Numbered from the stretch's first letter, positions 39,960 to 54,769 are shown. The stretch is 64,000 nt of DNA from Epiperipatus broadwayi (GCA_028023455.1 JAQFVV010000003.1:25606001-25670000); one strand, 5' to 3'. Program-made: numbers and translations. Notes: generated by a model from the letters alone, not told the origin.

Positions 39960-41545
39960 GTTTCATTTTAATCTTCTTTTAATTTGCTGTTGCTTCAAAG
40001 CTAGCCTGTTCATTTTTAGATGGATTGTTTTATTTATAATTACTCTACATCTGCATTTGAGGGAGGTAATAAAAGATTTTTTTAAACTAAGTCTTAAAAG
40101 GGATTTTCTCCAGCAGAATCTCAGCATTGAATTAATTCCATCCACAGGTTTAATGTGCTGGAAATTTCTTTCCATTGGATTGTGGATTTTCCTCCATTGA
40201 AAGTCAATGCAAATCAGTAGGCATCATTGATGAAAAATATTTTCACAAGGCATTAATTATATCTATTTTAATTGGATTGAAACAGTAGTTAATACTTAAT
40301 GACATCATGGATTGCCAAAAGAAAGGTAATACAGTGACTATGAATATTTTGCTTTTCTTCATCTAACAATGTAATCTTGTTTATTTCAGTTTCAAACTAA
40401 ATCACTACATCATTTATTATTTTTATTCCTGGAATAACAATTTTAAAACAAGATTCTATTAAATTTAGCAAGTCCTGGAGCAACTTCATAGAATCATTAC
40501 TCTCAGATTCAAATATTTTACTCAATCTCTGAACTTCATCAAGTGCAGGTTTAAAAAATAAAAAAAATAAAAAATTTCTTTGGTCATCAAAATTCTATCA
40601 ATAGTGGTCTGAATTGACATCCAATGTGTCTCACTGTATTGTATTAATTTCAATATCATTCATCAAAGAATAGAATTTCTTATATTTGGCTTGTCTAATT
40701 GCAGAATGAAAAAAACCAATTAAATGTTTATTTAATAAAAAAATTCTATATTTCTTGGAAGGCTTTCTTTTGTCATATGGAAAATAGATAATTGTAATGA
40801 ATGACTGATGTAATGTACCTAAATCGAACTAAGTACTTTGGCTTTGAGTTTAGCATACACACCATTATTGATTCCTGCCATTACAAAAGCATTATCTGTT
40901 TTAAGTGCAATGAGTTTATGTAAATCTAAGTCATTTTTTCTCAAGAATTTGATTGCTTCACTAATTGCACCAGCACAGCATCCTCTAAATGGTACTAAAT
41001 CTAAAGTCGTAGGAAAACATTTTTTAGTTTGAGAGTAATATCTAATTAAACTGAAATATTCCTATCATCAATTAGTAAACTATAGTTGTTAGCACTTATA
41101 TCAACTATTAACTTTTCTCTAAAATGTGGTGCTAAAACATTTGAAATTATGGCTGAACATTCTGTTCATCCAATAATCAGATTATTACAACTTTTGCTAT
41201 CTGAGAAATTTGTTGTACAATTTGTCTGCATGATTATAGGACAAATTTCTGCTATAAAAAGTACCATATTTTCCTCATTTCTATGAATATTCAAGTTTTT
41301 CACAAATAAAAGAATATTTGAATTCTGCTGAACACTCAATGATGACTCAGCTTTTATATGCTTTTGAGTTTTTATATGCTTTTCTAGATCTGTTACTTTT
41401 GCTGACAAAATATAATTACAACATTTGCCGTGAAACTTTGTATTTTCTCCTTCAATTTTCTGCAACCAATTTTTATACCTATTATCATGTAACCATTCTA
41501 TTCAAAATTTTTGGGTATATTTTCTTTCATTTGGCATTTCCACTC
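39960..41545 (-). mobile_element. Degenerate hAT-superfamily transposase
   Basis: N-terminal zinc-finger-like KCCNYILSAKVTDLEKHIKTQKH, LLIDD, KTDNAFVMAG, VHYISHS (CxxH position), C-terminal MERNF. Many stops. Confidence 0.8.
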
Positions 41546-41717
41546 ATACAGGGGTAATAATCAACAAATAGTAAATTGCTGTAATATCACAAAAGGTAAC
41601 TTATTAGGATTCACAAATTCACAATGTAATAGCGAGATCACAATCAAACTTTAAGAAGATTGGCAGACTATTTAAATAACCTGCAATCTTAAATAGCTAC
41701 AATCTACCTTGACTTGA

Positions 41718-42039
41718 CAGGGTTGCCAATTTTTTCACTAAATTGGCAGTTCTGCTCATCCACTAAGTTCCACTCCTTTTACAAATGTCAAATGTTTACT
41801 ATATTTGTTCATACACATAATTATTGCACATTAAAGCTAAAAGAAATTAAGGAATTTATTAAATTTTAAATATCTTTATGAAATTTTATGATTTTGCAGA
41901 AAATCTCTAAAATGTAGCTAAATTGACTAAAAAATCTCTAAGAAAAATGTTGTACCTAAATATATACATATAAAAAAGACGTTAGGAAAAGCAAAAGCTC
42001 GTCAAATTTAGTGACTTTTTCATGAAATTGTCAACTCTA
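41718..42039. mobile_element. Possible hAT-type MITE with YAGGGTTGCCAA-like TIRs
   Basis: cagggttgccaa at 41718 and ttgtcaactcta at 42028-42039, with subterminal tttagtgacttt-like repeats. No TSD found. Confidence 0.45.
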
Positions 42040-45000
42040 TAGGGAGTGTTTGCATGATAGATAAGCTTAAAGTACTTGTATTCTAATGAACAAGCTTCGA
42101 AAAAAAGCACAGCCAAGTGTCAGAATTAAATGACTTAACGTTAGAAAATAGGATTGTGTTTTTGTTATGTTAATAGAAGATGCATACTAATAATGTAAAA
42201 CCCCATTAAGATTTATAATGAAGCTCTAACATTAAGATGCTAGAATAAATTGGATGAAGAAAGTATCAAGCAAACTGCTATTAATGATGATCAAGGTATT
42301 CTTACTTAATTGTAATATCTATTATCTACCTACTCTATCAAATTTTTGCCGAAAATGAACAAACATGCATTTCTAATAACATCATTCTCTACTATTTTAA
42401 GTAGTACAGCATTTAAGATTTTCATGTCATCTCCCAGCCACACACGTAATTATATTAACTTGTTAGTATATTGCACTCTGATCTCATTAATCCTTCATCA
42501 CGAAACAACTTTGTAATTTGAGAATCTTTCAGTTATTCAACAGTATTTCCAGAGTAGTTTATATAAGCTTCTAAAAGTGGCAAGCAGCCAGATTTAAATT
42601 CAGTTAAAAAAAAATTTTTAAATAAAAATAAATAATGACTGTAGAATGTTTATCTTCGAAAAAATAGGAATAACTTTTGCTAAATTATTTAAATATTTAT
42701 TTAGAAAAATTATTAAACAGTTTAACACATTTTAATGACCTCTGATAACTTTTCTTTTCTTTAGAAATAAATAAACAATTTTCATTACGCAGAGAAAGTT
42801 GAAGTCTTGCGTAAACACTTCTAATTTCAGTAATTGCGAATTTAAAAAAAAAGCATTAAACGTATTATATTAAATGTAAACATTTCCTGCATTGCTCATA
42901 ATATATAATAAAATTTAACCAACTAAAAATTTTAATTCCAGATAACGCCAGCAAAAAAAAAGCAATTGAATGTGTACTGTTACACCTAAATAATAATTCG
43001 ATCTTCTCTACAATATTTTTTTTGTTTATTACATTAAAAAAATGTATCCTCTCACAATATACGGGTGCTTATTATTCATCTTTATTTCTACAATATGAAT
43101 TCGAATTTAGACTAGGTAAAACATGAACTTTTTTTAAAGCTTCCTATCAAGTTTACCGGTTTTTCACTAGATAGTCAAGTCTCAAATTGGTCAATAAATG
43201 GGTATGAAATTATTTTTAGCTAGAGGATAAAACAAGAATGAAAAACACTCAAATTCTGACACCATAATTAGATTTATTTAAAAAATAGATATTCAGCAAA
43301 TGAAAACGAACGCTTATTTTAAAAATATAAAGATTCCATAAAAATGTGCTGAACAGGTAAAAATTTAATAAAAGTTTATTCAGGTAAAACAAACTTTTGA
43401 TTGCTAAGTGTGATAATGTTCTAAAACAAATTTTTATTTTTTGATAAGCCCCCTTCCCTATATGGTTTAGCTAAGTGATAGAGGACAGACTCAAGAGCTA
43501 AAAAAATTTGGATTAGAGTTCTTCTGATGCTTAAGAGTCACATGACCTCCTGAGTAATAAGCTATTTAATTAGATTTGATAAGATAATATGAAAAAACAT
43601 TCTGGAATTGAATTTTTACAACAAAAACTGTTTCTAGTTTTAAAGCATCAAAAGACTTTACTTACTAAATGCAATTAAAAAGAAATCATTATTAGCATAA
43701 AAATTTTAAAAAATTTAAGAATTGAAAAAGATTTCTCAAATTTCCCTAAACTTACATTAACATTTGTAAACAACTTTCACGTTTGAGCATTAATAAATTA
43801 TTAATTATACATTTTAATCTTAAAAATTATATGTAAAAAACAATACCATATTTGATTGTAAAAATTTTATAACAATTAATTATTAATTTTTTTCACTAAA
43901 TATTTTTTAATTCAAAACTTTTAAGTTTATACTAACAAAACAACATATTTTCACTGTTTACATTTAATATGTACTTTTGGAAGCTATTTTCCTCATTTCC
44001 TCTCAGAGGCATCTAGGGAAAGTTTGAATAATCATGAAATATTTGATTGCATGGCTATTATCTCTATAGCCCTGATTTAATTTCTGACTTATGACATTTA
44101 TCAGTGAATATTTTGAATAGTCATAAAACCAAAAATGAAAACAGAGCTTTAGAGATAATTACATAACTATCTCAGATCCATATACACCTGGGGCTCATTT
44201 TATGCAATAAATGGGTTCCTCAGAAAATGTGCATAAAAGAAATTGCACAAAAATAGACTTAACTTACCTTGAAAAATGGGGGATAAGTACTGTTATTTTC
44301 AAAAATCGCATAAAAGCAAAGCAACAATGTAAAATTGCTTTAAAATTTGCATTAAAAAAGGAAATAAAATATGACTAATAAAAAACTTCAAATTTGAAAA
44401 AAATTGATACAAGACAAACTTTTTTTACATTTTTTATTACCTACGGTATTTAATTTTATTCAAAACAATATATTTTTATGCATAATTTACAGTATTTTAC
44501 ATTTTTTGTACACATACAGTATTTTAATCATTATCACTATTTGACAATCTGATTGTGAACTAGTAAGACATCAGATTCATTACAAAAGGAAATACAACTA
44601 GTGCCAACTTCATTGTTTTAAATTGCTCTTATAGTGAACTCACGCAAACTAAAATGTTTTCCAATTGCTGTTGATCCTTCCCATTTCGCTAAGCGATCTA
44701 AAATTGAAATTTTTGTTTCCAAAGAAAATCATTTTCTTGGGTGTTTTTTCCTCTCCATTAGGGTAAACTAAAAGTTTAAAATAAAAATATGAACTTAGAC
44801 TTATGATAATAAAAAGACACCTAATCACCTCTTTTGGGCAAAATTTAATTAAAACTAACAAAAAATAAATTCTTATTTTTGTCTTTAATTATTTTTGTCT
44901 TTAATTTTCAATTTTGTTTAAAAATAATTTTATTGTTTCCCGTCACATTAATTTCAGATCACATTATGTAATTTTTAAATTGTTAATTACAATTAAAAAT

Positions 45001-45399
45001 CAGATTTTAATTTTAATTGTCAAATTTAATTGTGCCCAGTGCTGTTACTCACCTTTTAAAAATAAACTTGTGGACACTAAATGATTGATTGCCTACTCTT
45101 TTTTTAAAAAGCAAAATAGAATATGATTTAAAATGCAAAAACAACAACATGCATAGTAAGGCTATAACATTTTAACAGGTTTACATTATAATCTTGTAAA
45201 ATTTAATGTGTGTATATTGCATTAAAGAAATCTTCATAAAATGAGACCCGGGTGTATATTGCTTATAATAACTCTCATATACACTTTAATGCAAATTTTT
45301 TTATTTTCCTGACAGTTGAAACTGTCAGAAAAATAAAGAAGTTTTATTAAAATTTTTTTTTGCATTGAAGTGTATATACAAGAGGAGTTATTATAAGCA

Positions 45400-45405
45400 A
45401 TATAT

Positions 45406-45482
<77 letters not shown>
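45400..45482. repeat. (TA)n microsatellite
   Basis: Direct inspection. Confidence 0.98.
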
Positions 45483-45487
<5 letters not shown>

Positions 45488-48400
45488 AAGAAATGCAAAG
45501 AAAGTAAAGGAGAAGAATAAGAGTATATCTCAGATCCATTGACTACTAAAGCATGCAAAAGATAGCTTTAGTGGATTGTGAAAGGAATTGCTCCTAACAT
45601 TTTTTATTTATTTATTTTATTTAAAAATTTTAATTTTTGTGTTTATTTATACCTTACTCTCATGAATTATTTTAACTAAATATATGACAAAAATGATATT
45701 AATATTCATAGATTGATAATAAAAGTAGATATCATAGGTTTACGGTGCTGCATTGGACTATATCATGTTACTTTTTAAAGACCTAATTAATTGTGAAAGA
45801 TGAAAGCCAAAACATCAAAGGCAAAACCTACATGATTCAGATTTATGATAATTTTTTTTAATACTATGTTTTGCATAATTTTTAAAATTTTAATGTATGG
45901 TATTTGGAGGACAATGGACTGTTTGTTATATTTCCATTACGATATTACAAACTTTTGTTTGTTATTATTGCCATCCAATATCAGCATTAATTAATAGACA
46001 AATAATTAAATACATAAAGTGAAATCATATCTGTAATAGTGTATATACAATTTGAAATTAAAAAATTCTAATTAAAACTTTTTTTTATGTGTAAATGTAC
46101 AAAATACACAAAAGCTAATACAAATAATATTAGAATACTTTGATTTAGAAACAGATTATACTATTTTCTCTTTTCTAGTCATATTATCAAAGTTGAATTA
46201 TGATAAGGCATCATGACTTTAATGTTCAATCAGAGGTTCTATACATCAATCCAGAATGTTTTTCCAAGTGTTTTTGTTATTTGATCTCTTCAAAAGCTCA
46301 AAGTTATTTTTTTTTAAAAAACTATTATTAACTACATTTTTTTCTCTATTTTTTTTCTCACATATCTACTGTTAACATATTCTCATAATTCCTCTATTTT
46401 TAAATGTAAGCCCAGGCTATTCCTTATCCTAAATTTCTCAATAATAATATTTTTCATTTATTCTTTTACATTAGTAGCAAATAATTAAGCCTGTTTGTTT
46501 TAATATAGTAGTAAAATGGATAGCTAATAAGTCAGTGGCTTAAATAGCATACCTATTAGCCTATTATGGCACTGCCATCTTGTGTAGCTTGGGTAGTTGG
46601 TAGATACCAGAGGATACCACTTGATAAATTCCTATTCACTGTAGTTCTCTATTTCTCCTACTTCAGTTCTGCCACCTATTATAAGCTTTAGTAATCAATA
46701 AATATTTGATGGTAATGCTCTATACTTCTCTACCCAGTGCTGTTCTATTTATATCCCAAGATTAGCATATAATTATGGCTTTTATTGGGTGAGGAATTCG
46801 ATCTAATGCACCTGGATTTTTTAATATCAAATAAACTTTCATTCAGCAGTCATTACATGAAATCTTTTTTTATTATTATCAAATTGTCAGCCTTAAGTTC
46901 AAATACATTTTGATATTTTGAACCTATGCCCCTTGCAAAACTGGAATATGAGAAATAGATTTGTTACTTAAAAATATCTAATAAGAGACCATGTGATGTT
47001 TTTTTGATATAATTAATAGTTTCTGGATTAATGTGAAATTGAGAAAAGTTAAAAAAAATCAGTTTGCTAAGAACATATGCACTAAACCCTCAAGTGCTCA
47101 AATATTAAGTAATCTTCTGAGCATGTAATCACATGGTTATTTATATATTAATTATTCAAAGCCTTTCAATACTAAAAACATTTTAAAAATGCATGATTTC
47201 ATCTTTCCAAATAAAATTTACTAAACATCTTAACACTAATATAGAATAATTTTTATTAAAGTGAACAAAATCATTACTTTTGTTTGTTTTTTTAAAAAAA
47301 AAGCTTTTTATGTTCATAATTATAATTAAAACCAGATGTACTTAGCTTAAATAGGCCATGATTTTTTAAATTGGTTGCTTTAACAATTTTTTTTTTAAGA
47401 TTTAATGTAAATTGAGCAAAAGATTTTAATACTAGGTAAATAAATGTGATAAATATACCCATCCTGAAAGGCCACTGTTTTGAGTTCCATTATACGCTAA
47501 CCAAAACAAAATGTAAATACGATACTATAGCATCTATTTTTTTCCTTCACTAAATATCACATTTCAACATGAATTTATGTACTGTAATCACATTTTCTTC
47601 ATGATTTAAATACTATACCTCGTAGTTAAAAGCACATGTACTGATTTTTTTTCAAGCATTTTTTATTAAGGGTAGAATTATCTTTTTTACATAAACATAA
47701 TTTTTTTTAATTGGTTGTAAATTTGATGTATGACAGCCATATAAACAAAATACATTCACCAATCAGACAACAGAAAAAATAGGGATTATATATATAAGAT
47801 TCAGAAGTTTCCTTGCATAAACATCTTTCAAACTTTCTTATTGATTTTAATGATTTTTTAAAATCACATTCTAAATGTTTATTTCTCTTGTCATAGTAAA
47901 TATATTATTAAAGTAAACTCAGTTCCTTCTAATTATAATGAAGTAATTCTAAAAAAAATTTTTTTTTAGTGACATGTTCCTGTATTTTTCCTAATTATTT
48001 AAAATATACTGCAGTTTTTTAAATTACTTTTCTTCTTAGAAAGTCTAAACAATATTGAACTCTGACAAATAGCACAAAATGTAATCACATTCATTCAATG
48101 TTGGACACAAATTCAAATCCATGAATATGCATCATTTACTGACCACATAAACAGTAGCTTAACCATATAAGCAGAGATATCAGACAATGCAACCATGTAA
48201 ACTTCTTATGCATTACCTAATTTGTATGAATATTATAAAGTATGATTTATAAGAAAGTCTGTAACAAAAACCTATAACAGAAGGAATTGAAAATGATAAA
48301 AGTAGAAAGGATTTATTTTCTTAAAAATATTTTAGAAAAAAAAAAAAATTAACTTGAATTCTTTATTAACTTGGTAAACTTTTACATTTGATTTGAAATA

Positions 48401-49493
48401 AACAACAGCTTTGATATTTTAACAGTCAACTATGTTTGTAAGATATCTGATACTATATCAATAGGAATAAAAATATATGAAGACTAAACAAAATCACACA
48501 AAACTAAAAAATAAACAAATGATAGAAAGTGCAAAATATTTAAAGTATATATTACTATTTGATTTAGAAATCAAAGTCAGCATCAAATAAGTTTTTAGCT
48601 TTTTTCTTCATGACACAGTAGAGCTACCTAAATAAGCAAGTGAATGTACAGTAAGAATAGAAATAAAGTGAAAAAATTGTACTAATTGTGTGTGTGAGAG
48701 AGCGAGCGCGCGTGTGTGGGGTTGTATAGCAAATAAAAATAAATGGTTTATTTTTTATTTTTTTTATATATACAAAAGATGAACAAAATAGTAAATCTAT
48801 ATTTTTGCTATTGTGTGGCATAAAAAATGGATATTCATGGTAACATAACGTTAGTCATAAAGGGGATAATAAAGGAGGATAAAAAGTATCTAATAAAGAA
48901 TCAAAATCAATTTCATAAGGAATGGGAAAAAAATCTAACTTCAAAAGTTTAAAAAGAAATTTGTTGGTACCTGATTAATGTGAATCTAAATTTTATATCA
49001 GTCTTTCTTTTTTCCCTCTATCTCTTTCTCTATCTATAAAAATCTCTATCTTTATTTATAAAAATTATAATAATGTCATATATATTTTTTATTTTTTACT
49101 GGAAAATTTATTATCAACGTTATTATTATATTGTTGCACATCCGGTTGACCACTTTCAGAATTTAACTTGACTTGGCCAAAACATCTACATTTAGATTTT
49201 CAGTTAAATAATAATAATAATAGTAAATGATATTTCTATAATTTTTATAATTTTCTGAAAATAGATGAATGTAAAAGCATAAGGAATATTGAAATTTTTA
49301 GCAGACAAATGGTGATTGTCAAAAATATATAATATATATTAAAAAATAGATAAGCAGAAATAAATTGCATTGAAGTTACATTCAGATGTTTAATGTAAAA
49401 AAATTAGATATGTTTCTAAATAAAAATGTTTTTCTCTTACATTCAACAGAGAGTTTTCATAAGGACTACTTTATAAACTAAAATGGTCAGATC

Positions 49494-49586
49494 GGAAGTG
49501 GAACTCCGATAATGCGCTGTTACTTTAAATATTATAAATCTCCACACACACTTTAAAATAATAGCGCATTATCGGAGTTGACTTCC
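49494..49586. repeat. CpG-retaining hairpin with about 35-bp arms, MITE-like
   Basis: ggaagtggaactccgataatgcgctgttactttaaa / tttaaaataatagcgcattatcggagttgacttcc. Confidence 0.85.
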
Positions 49587-49751
49587 ATGTAACAATTTCA
49601 ACATTTTCAGCGCTTTATAATAATAGATTTGCATTTATAAATTAAAAGTAAAATCTAAACCCATATTATGAATAATTGCTATATTTTAATATATAAAAAA
49701 AAATCAACATTAATGACTTTACTGCTCAGGAGTGCATAAGAAGTTTGAGTA

Positions 49752-49810
49752 CCAGATTTAATCTTGGGACCTCCCAATTTCACATCATATGCTCTGTCAA
49801 CTGCACCAAA
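49752..49810 (-). mobile_element. Possible decayed tRNA-derived SINE head
   Basis: TGGTGCAGTTGACAG ... GGAGGTCCCAAGATTAAATC. Confidence 0.35.
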
Positions 49811-50109
49811 ATACACAGGGAGTTTTTATGAAAAAAAACTATATCTAACTATTAGAACCCATTCACCATATTTCTACTACTTTAAAAATAATATTGTAAA
49901 GTATTAATGAGGTAGCAAAAAATAGCTTCTTCTTATATCTCTGTGTGAAAAGAATTAACTCATTACTTTTCAGTTATTCGGTTTAAAGCAACCTAGCAGC
50001 AACCATTAATAGCATAAACGGTTATTGAACTTTCTTTAATGTAAGACTGAGGTCCCCAAATAATGTTTCAGTAAAATAAGAGACACACTGACTTTTTTAA
50101 TGCAATTAA

Positions 50110-50310
50110 ATAATAGATAAAAAATAAAATGAAATCTGCAAAAATCACAAGAATTGACGAGATCCCAATAGAATTATTAAATGTCTTGAAAAGAAAAAGG
50201 TTTGAGAATATTAGGTTAATGTTACAAGAGCAGCAAGTAGATTTTTTTAGCAGAATTCTGGAAGGGAAAATTCTTATTCAATGAAACATGATTTTAAAGA
50301 GCAATTGGAG
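50110..50310 (+). mobile_element. LINE RT N-terminal remnant (RTE-like)
   Basis: KMKSAKITRIDEIPIELL resembles the KaxGxDxIPxELL motif. Confidence 0.5.
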
Positions 50311-50647
50311 TTTAAATAAAAAAAATTAATAAATTAGTCACATTTTTGTCTGAATAATAGTTTGGATTGAAAAAAGATAGGATAAAATATGCAATGACAG
50401 ATTGAAAACTATTGTTAAGAGACATATAACTACAGAAAAAGATTATAATAATGTTTTCAGTCAATATTAAATAACTTTTTTTAGAGTGAATCAGCTTACT
50501 TTTTGAATATTTTGGAAGCAAAGTTTGGAACAAGAGACATTTGTTAGAAATCAGAAGGTCAAATCTCTTCATTCTACTTTAGAATCACCTAGCGTAAGTT
50601 TGAGAAGTCAATGGACACTATATGTTACATTGGCTATAATATTCCCA

Positions 50648-50687
50648 TTCCCAGATCAATTTCTGCCTTTGCCTTCATCAGTGAGAA
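50648..50687 (-). ncRNA. Minimal type I hammerhead motif in a fourth sequence context (HH-D)
   Basis: TTCTCA CTGATGA AGGCAAAGGCA GAAA TTGA TC TGGGAA: 6-bp stem I. Stem III ATTGAT is one CpG-type change from the palindrome ATCGAT. Confidence 0.75.
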
Positions 50688-52349
50688 TTAGGTTTGTTCT
50701 TGGAAGATTTGAATAAATATATGAGCCTATCACATGACATAGTTATTGATACAAATCAAAGATATTTATAAGGCCATATTTAGAAAAGACAAATATAAAA
50801 ATAGTATTATAACATAAATATATATATTGTGCTTTGGCTCTTTAAGTGGGTGTCCCGCACGTCTTATTTGATCATTTGAAATGTTTTCTTTTTTTACTGA
50901 TATAAAAACTATAAGCATAACATCAACAGAAATACAGGCATTTGATAGATCTCTGACATAGCTTTCTAAAGATGTATTTAACAAAAAAAATCCGATAAAA
51001 TTGGGATTTTTTATTGATTTTTTTTGTAACTGGCACATTTAATTTTTTTTTTGATCAATTTTCTAATTTCTCTGAAGCGATAAATACAGAAAACACTTAT
51101 CAGCCTTCAAATATACTTTTATCAGAATAAAAATATTATGATTCACAAACAAGGCCTTCAATGGAGTCTAAACGTAAGCAGAATATCAGGCTCATAAGTA
51201 TACAATTTTAATTTTTTAATTTTTTGAATAATATTTTAATTTTTTTAAAAATTATTTGAAAAAATGATTTAATTTTCATTAATTTGAGTTTGTAGTGGTG
51301 TGTGTCTATATAAATTATATATTTATTTATGCTCATATGAATTTATATCTATGGTAATTTTGTAAGTTCTAATCCACTTATTTTATAAAAATAATGATTC
51401 TCAAAAAGTTTAATAAATTATTATTTATTATTATGTTTATATGGTGTGATTGTGTTTACAAGTAATGGTTTACAAAACTAATAATCAAATGTACAGAAAG
51501 ATTGCATATGCAGGCAAATAATCAAATTCCGATTCTTGCCTATGCCTTGATACTCATGCTGTGGAGTCACTCTGGATTTGCTATATGTTTCATCACATTA
51601 TTTTCAAGTCTATAGCTAAAAATGGACTACATGCAAATAAATTATATCTATGTGATACAATAAATATAACAAGATAGCATCACTGGTGTGCATAAAGAAT
51701 ACAAACAGCACTGGTATGCATAAAAACATAAACATCACTGATGTACACAAAAAATATTGAGATGAAACTCATTTTATCAGTGATACAGACAGTAGCCTAA
51801 AATTTCTAGTTTTAGATAGATAAGAAGCCAATTGCTATGATGACAAATGCATATTTATCTTCTGGAAATGATTTGTTTTACATCTTTTATTAGGATGAAT
51901 CTTTTTCTTATAGATGCCTTTGACATTTGGTAACTTTTGGAGTACAAGATAAAAATGAAGAATTCTTATGTGAATACATTTGGAGATTCTGAAGCTATGG
52001 ATTATCTCAGGTAAGATATATATATATATATATATATATATAGTTTGAAAGATAATTTTGTGAGGAATACAAAGAAATTATCACTGAAGATATAATTTAT
52101 ACTTAGTTAATGATGAATTAGAAATTATGAACAAGCAATAAAATAATAATTATTTTGAATGTTTACATTTCTTTTTTTTTCTTATTTTTTAAATGGTTAT
52201 CACCATTTGTCTTAGACTTATTGTTTTCCTTAGTTTTTGTAGTTTCTATTAATGTAAATATTTTTGCTCTAACATAATTAAAACTGAAGTTATTCTGAAA
52301 ATTGTGTCTCAGGTCTATTTTTTAGAAAATTCAATATGGCATTCTAGAT

Positions 52350-52995
52350 TCAAGCAGTTAATGTATACTCAGATGATATTGTTAAAGTAGTGTTGTTCAA
52401 TAATAATGGAATTAGCATTGGAAGTAGAAGAGATTATATTACATTGTTTAATGATATGACAGTGTTGTGGATAGAGACTATACTAGTACAGTGTTAATTA
52501 AGCAGGGTTGCTAAAACTCATAGAAGGTTGGGGATTAAAAATAAAAATAAAACCAAAGAACTGAAAATAATTGATCAAATTAAAATGTCTAATAAAGCAT
52601 TAAGACAGAAAGTTATAGAACAGATCATTACTTTTAAATGTTAGTGAAGCTGGAAAGCAGATAATGCAAGCAATGATACGTTCCAAAGGTGAATATTTAG
52701 ATAGAATAAAAACATAATGCAGACCAAATAAGATTAGAAATGCAGAAGTGCTAAAAAATGTAGGTGAAAAAAAATATGGAAAAAATTATGAGGAAAAAAT
52801 GAAATTGAATGGGGCATATATTTTAAGATATGGAAATATATGACAGAAGTGACTGTAGAAGGCTAAAAAGAGAGAGGAGGGAAGAAATTTAAAAAAGTTG
52901 ATTGATAATCAGGGAAGAATATTTAATGAGTAGAGAGAGAAACAAAAAGGTATGGAAAAAATCATCTGGCTGGATGGAGGAGATGATGAAGATGA
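52350..52995 (+). mobile_element. Degenerate RTE-like LINE 3' fragment
   Basis: YSDDIV (YADD-like), WMGHIL, VEG...RGG motifs and a (GAT)n-like end. Confidence 0.55.
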
Positions 52996-53252
52996 TGTAG
53001 ATAAATTAAAAAATATTATTTTGAAGCAAAATATAAGTTTTTCAGATGAGATAAAGATTTAAAAAAATAATAAAGTACACAAAATTTACTAATTCTATTG
53101 TCTGTTTAGATAATAGTTTGATATTGACTGCTTTTACATAATATCAAATCTATAATAATCACTTTACAGCATCAACAGCATACACTCATAAAACAGTCAT
53201 CATCATTACATTCATAATAATAATAATAATGCTAATGATGATGATGATGATG

Positions 53253-53289
<37 letters not shown>

Positions 53290-53290
<1 letters not shown>

Positions 53291-53760
53291 TTATTTTTTA
53301 TTTATTTATTTTATTTATTTATTTATTCATTATGAAGCAAACAATAAATGTATAATACAGTGAGATAAATTCCATACAAGAAAAACCTTGTGTGAGGAAT
53401 TTAAATGTAACAACTAAAAACACTAATAAAATAAAAAAAAAAAAAAGTATAAATATAACATAAAATATTAAAATCACACAGATATTGCATTTGGCAATTC
53501 AATCACAGTAGTAAATAATTACATCATAACATATAATATAAACAAAAAAAATAAAATAAAACTAATGCTTAGCATAATATAACCAGTGCCATAAATGCTT
53601 TTTAAAAATCAAATAAGATAGTGTTCATTAAATTCACAGAACAATCTCTTATAAATAAATATTAAATAATTTAGGACCATTATAACTAAATTGCTTCCTA
53701 CTGGATGTTTTAAGAAAATTAGGTAAAGCTAACTAATATTTAGTAGATAAATGAGTATTT
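53290..53760 (-). mobile_element. CR1/Jockey-group LINE 3' end
   Basis: FSYNGPKLFN C-terminal motif, then an AT-rich 3' UTR with (AAAT)n and an (ATT)n tail. Confidence 0.55.
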
Positions 53761-53787
53761 ACTAAAAAACACTAATAAAATACAAAA

Positions 53788-53956
<169 letters not shown>

Positions 53957-53999
53957 TGCTAGTAATAATTTTTGTTATACTTCAACATCTTATCTAATT

Positions 54000-54420
54000 A
54001 TGTCTTTCCAATATATTCTTCACTATATCTTGCTCATAAAAACAATTAATATTGCATTTTTTAAAAAAAAATTTGAGACAGTCTTGGTCTATGCCTTATT
54101 TGCACTTTTAATCCATCAATCATTTTTAAGTTTTCTTGTCATTTATTAAATATCAGCCTTTAAATTTGTATATTTATTATGAAGCTACAAATTGAATTTA
54201 TTATTCTGTTAAATGAAAAATGCTGCATGTTTTCTTTTACTTAAGCCATTAATAAGATTCATAGTCTACCAACATCATAATCCTTTTCTTCCAGCTTCAT
54301 CTGAATTATCTTTTATTCATATATCTAGATTCAAATCTATTATGTTCATATATCCAATATCACTATCACCTTCATTAATCACTATAATATTCTTCATTAC
54401 TATGAAAATAATTTTAAAAA
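54000..54420 (-). mobile_element. Possible decayed RTE-like RT fragment
   Basis: Faint resemblance to the FKYLG / IKxRIxxAK region. Confidence 0.3.
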
Positions 54421-54769
54421 AATAAATAACTAAAAAATTGAATACATAATGTCCATCATGTCATGTGGCATTCTATCATTGGAAGAGACAGGTTGAGCTT
54501 TGAATTCTATTATTGTACCAAACTACACAAGATAAAATTAAATATTATTCTTACTTAACAAATATACATTAAATTTTATATTGAATTTCTCTTTTAAGTT
54601 GCATTTTATTTTTTTTAAATGTAAATTTATTGTATTATTTTATCAGTAGTAAATTATTAATAATCAATTTTACACCTTGCTTTTCTCAGGAGATTATATA
54701 ACACTTAAGCTTTAAATAGTAGATTTTCAATTCATTTGAGTAAATCAAAAAGTGTTTTACTTTTTTTTT

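Noticed and set aside
49765-49780. GGTCCCAAG (minus strand) as a twister ribozyme fragment
   Set aside because: The remaining twister elements are absent, and the context fits a decayed tRNA-like head better.
51940-52016. Candidate host exon ending in CAG/GTAAGA
   Set aside because: The donor is good, but the acceptor is weak, upstream frames have stops, and the peptide (MKNSYVNTFGDSEAMDYL) is not recognisable. It needs RNA-seq.
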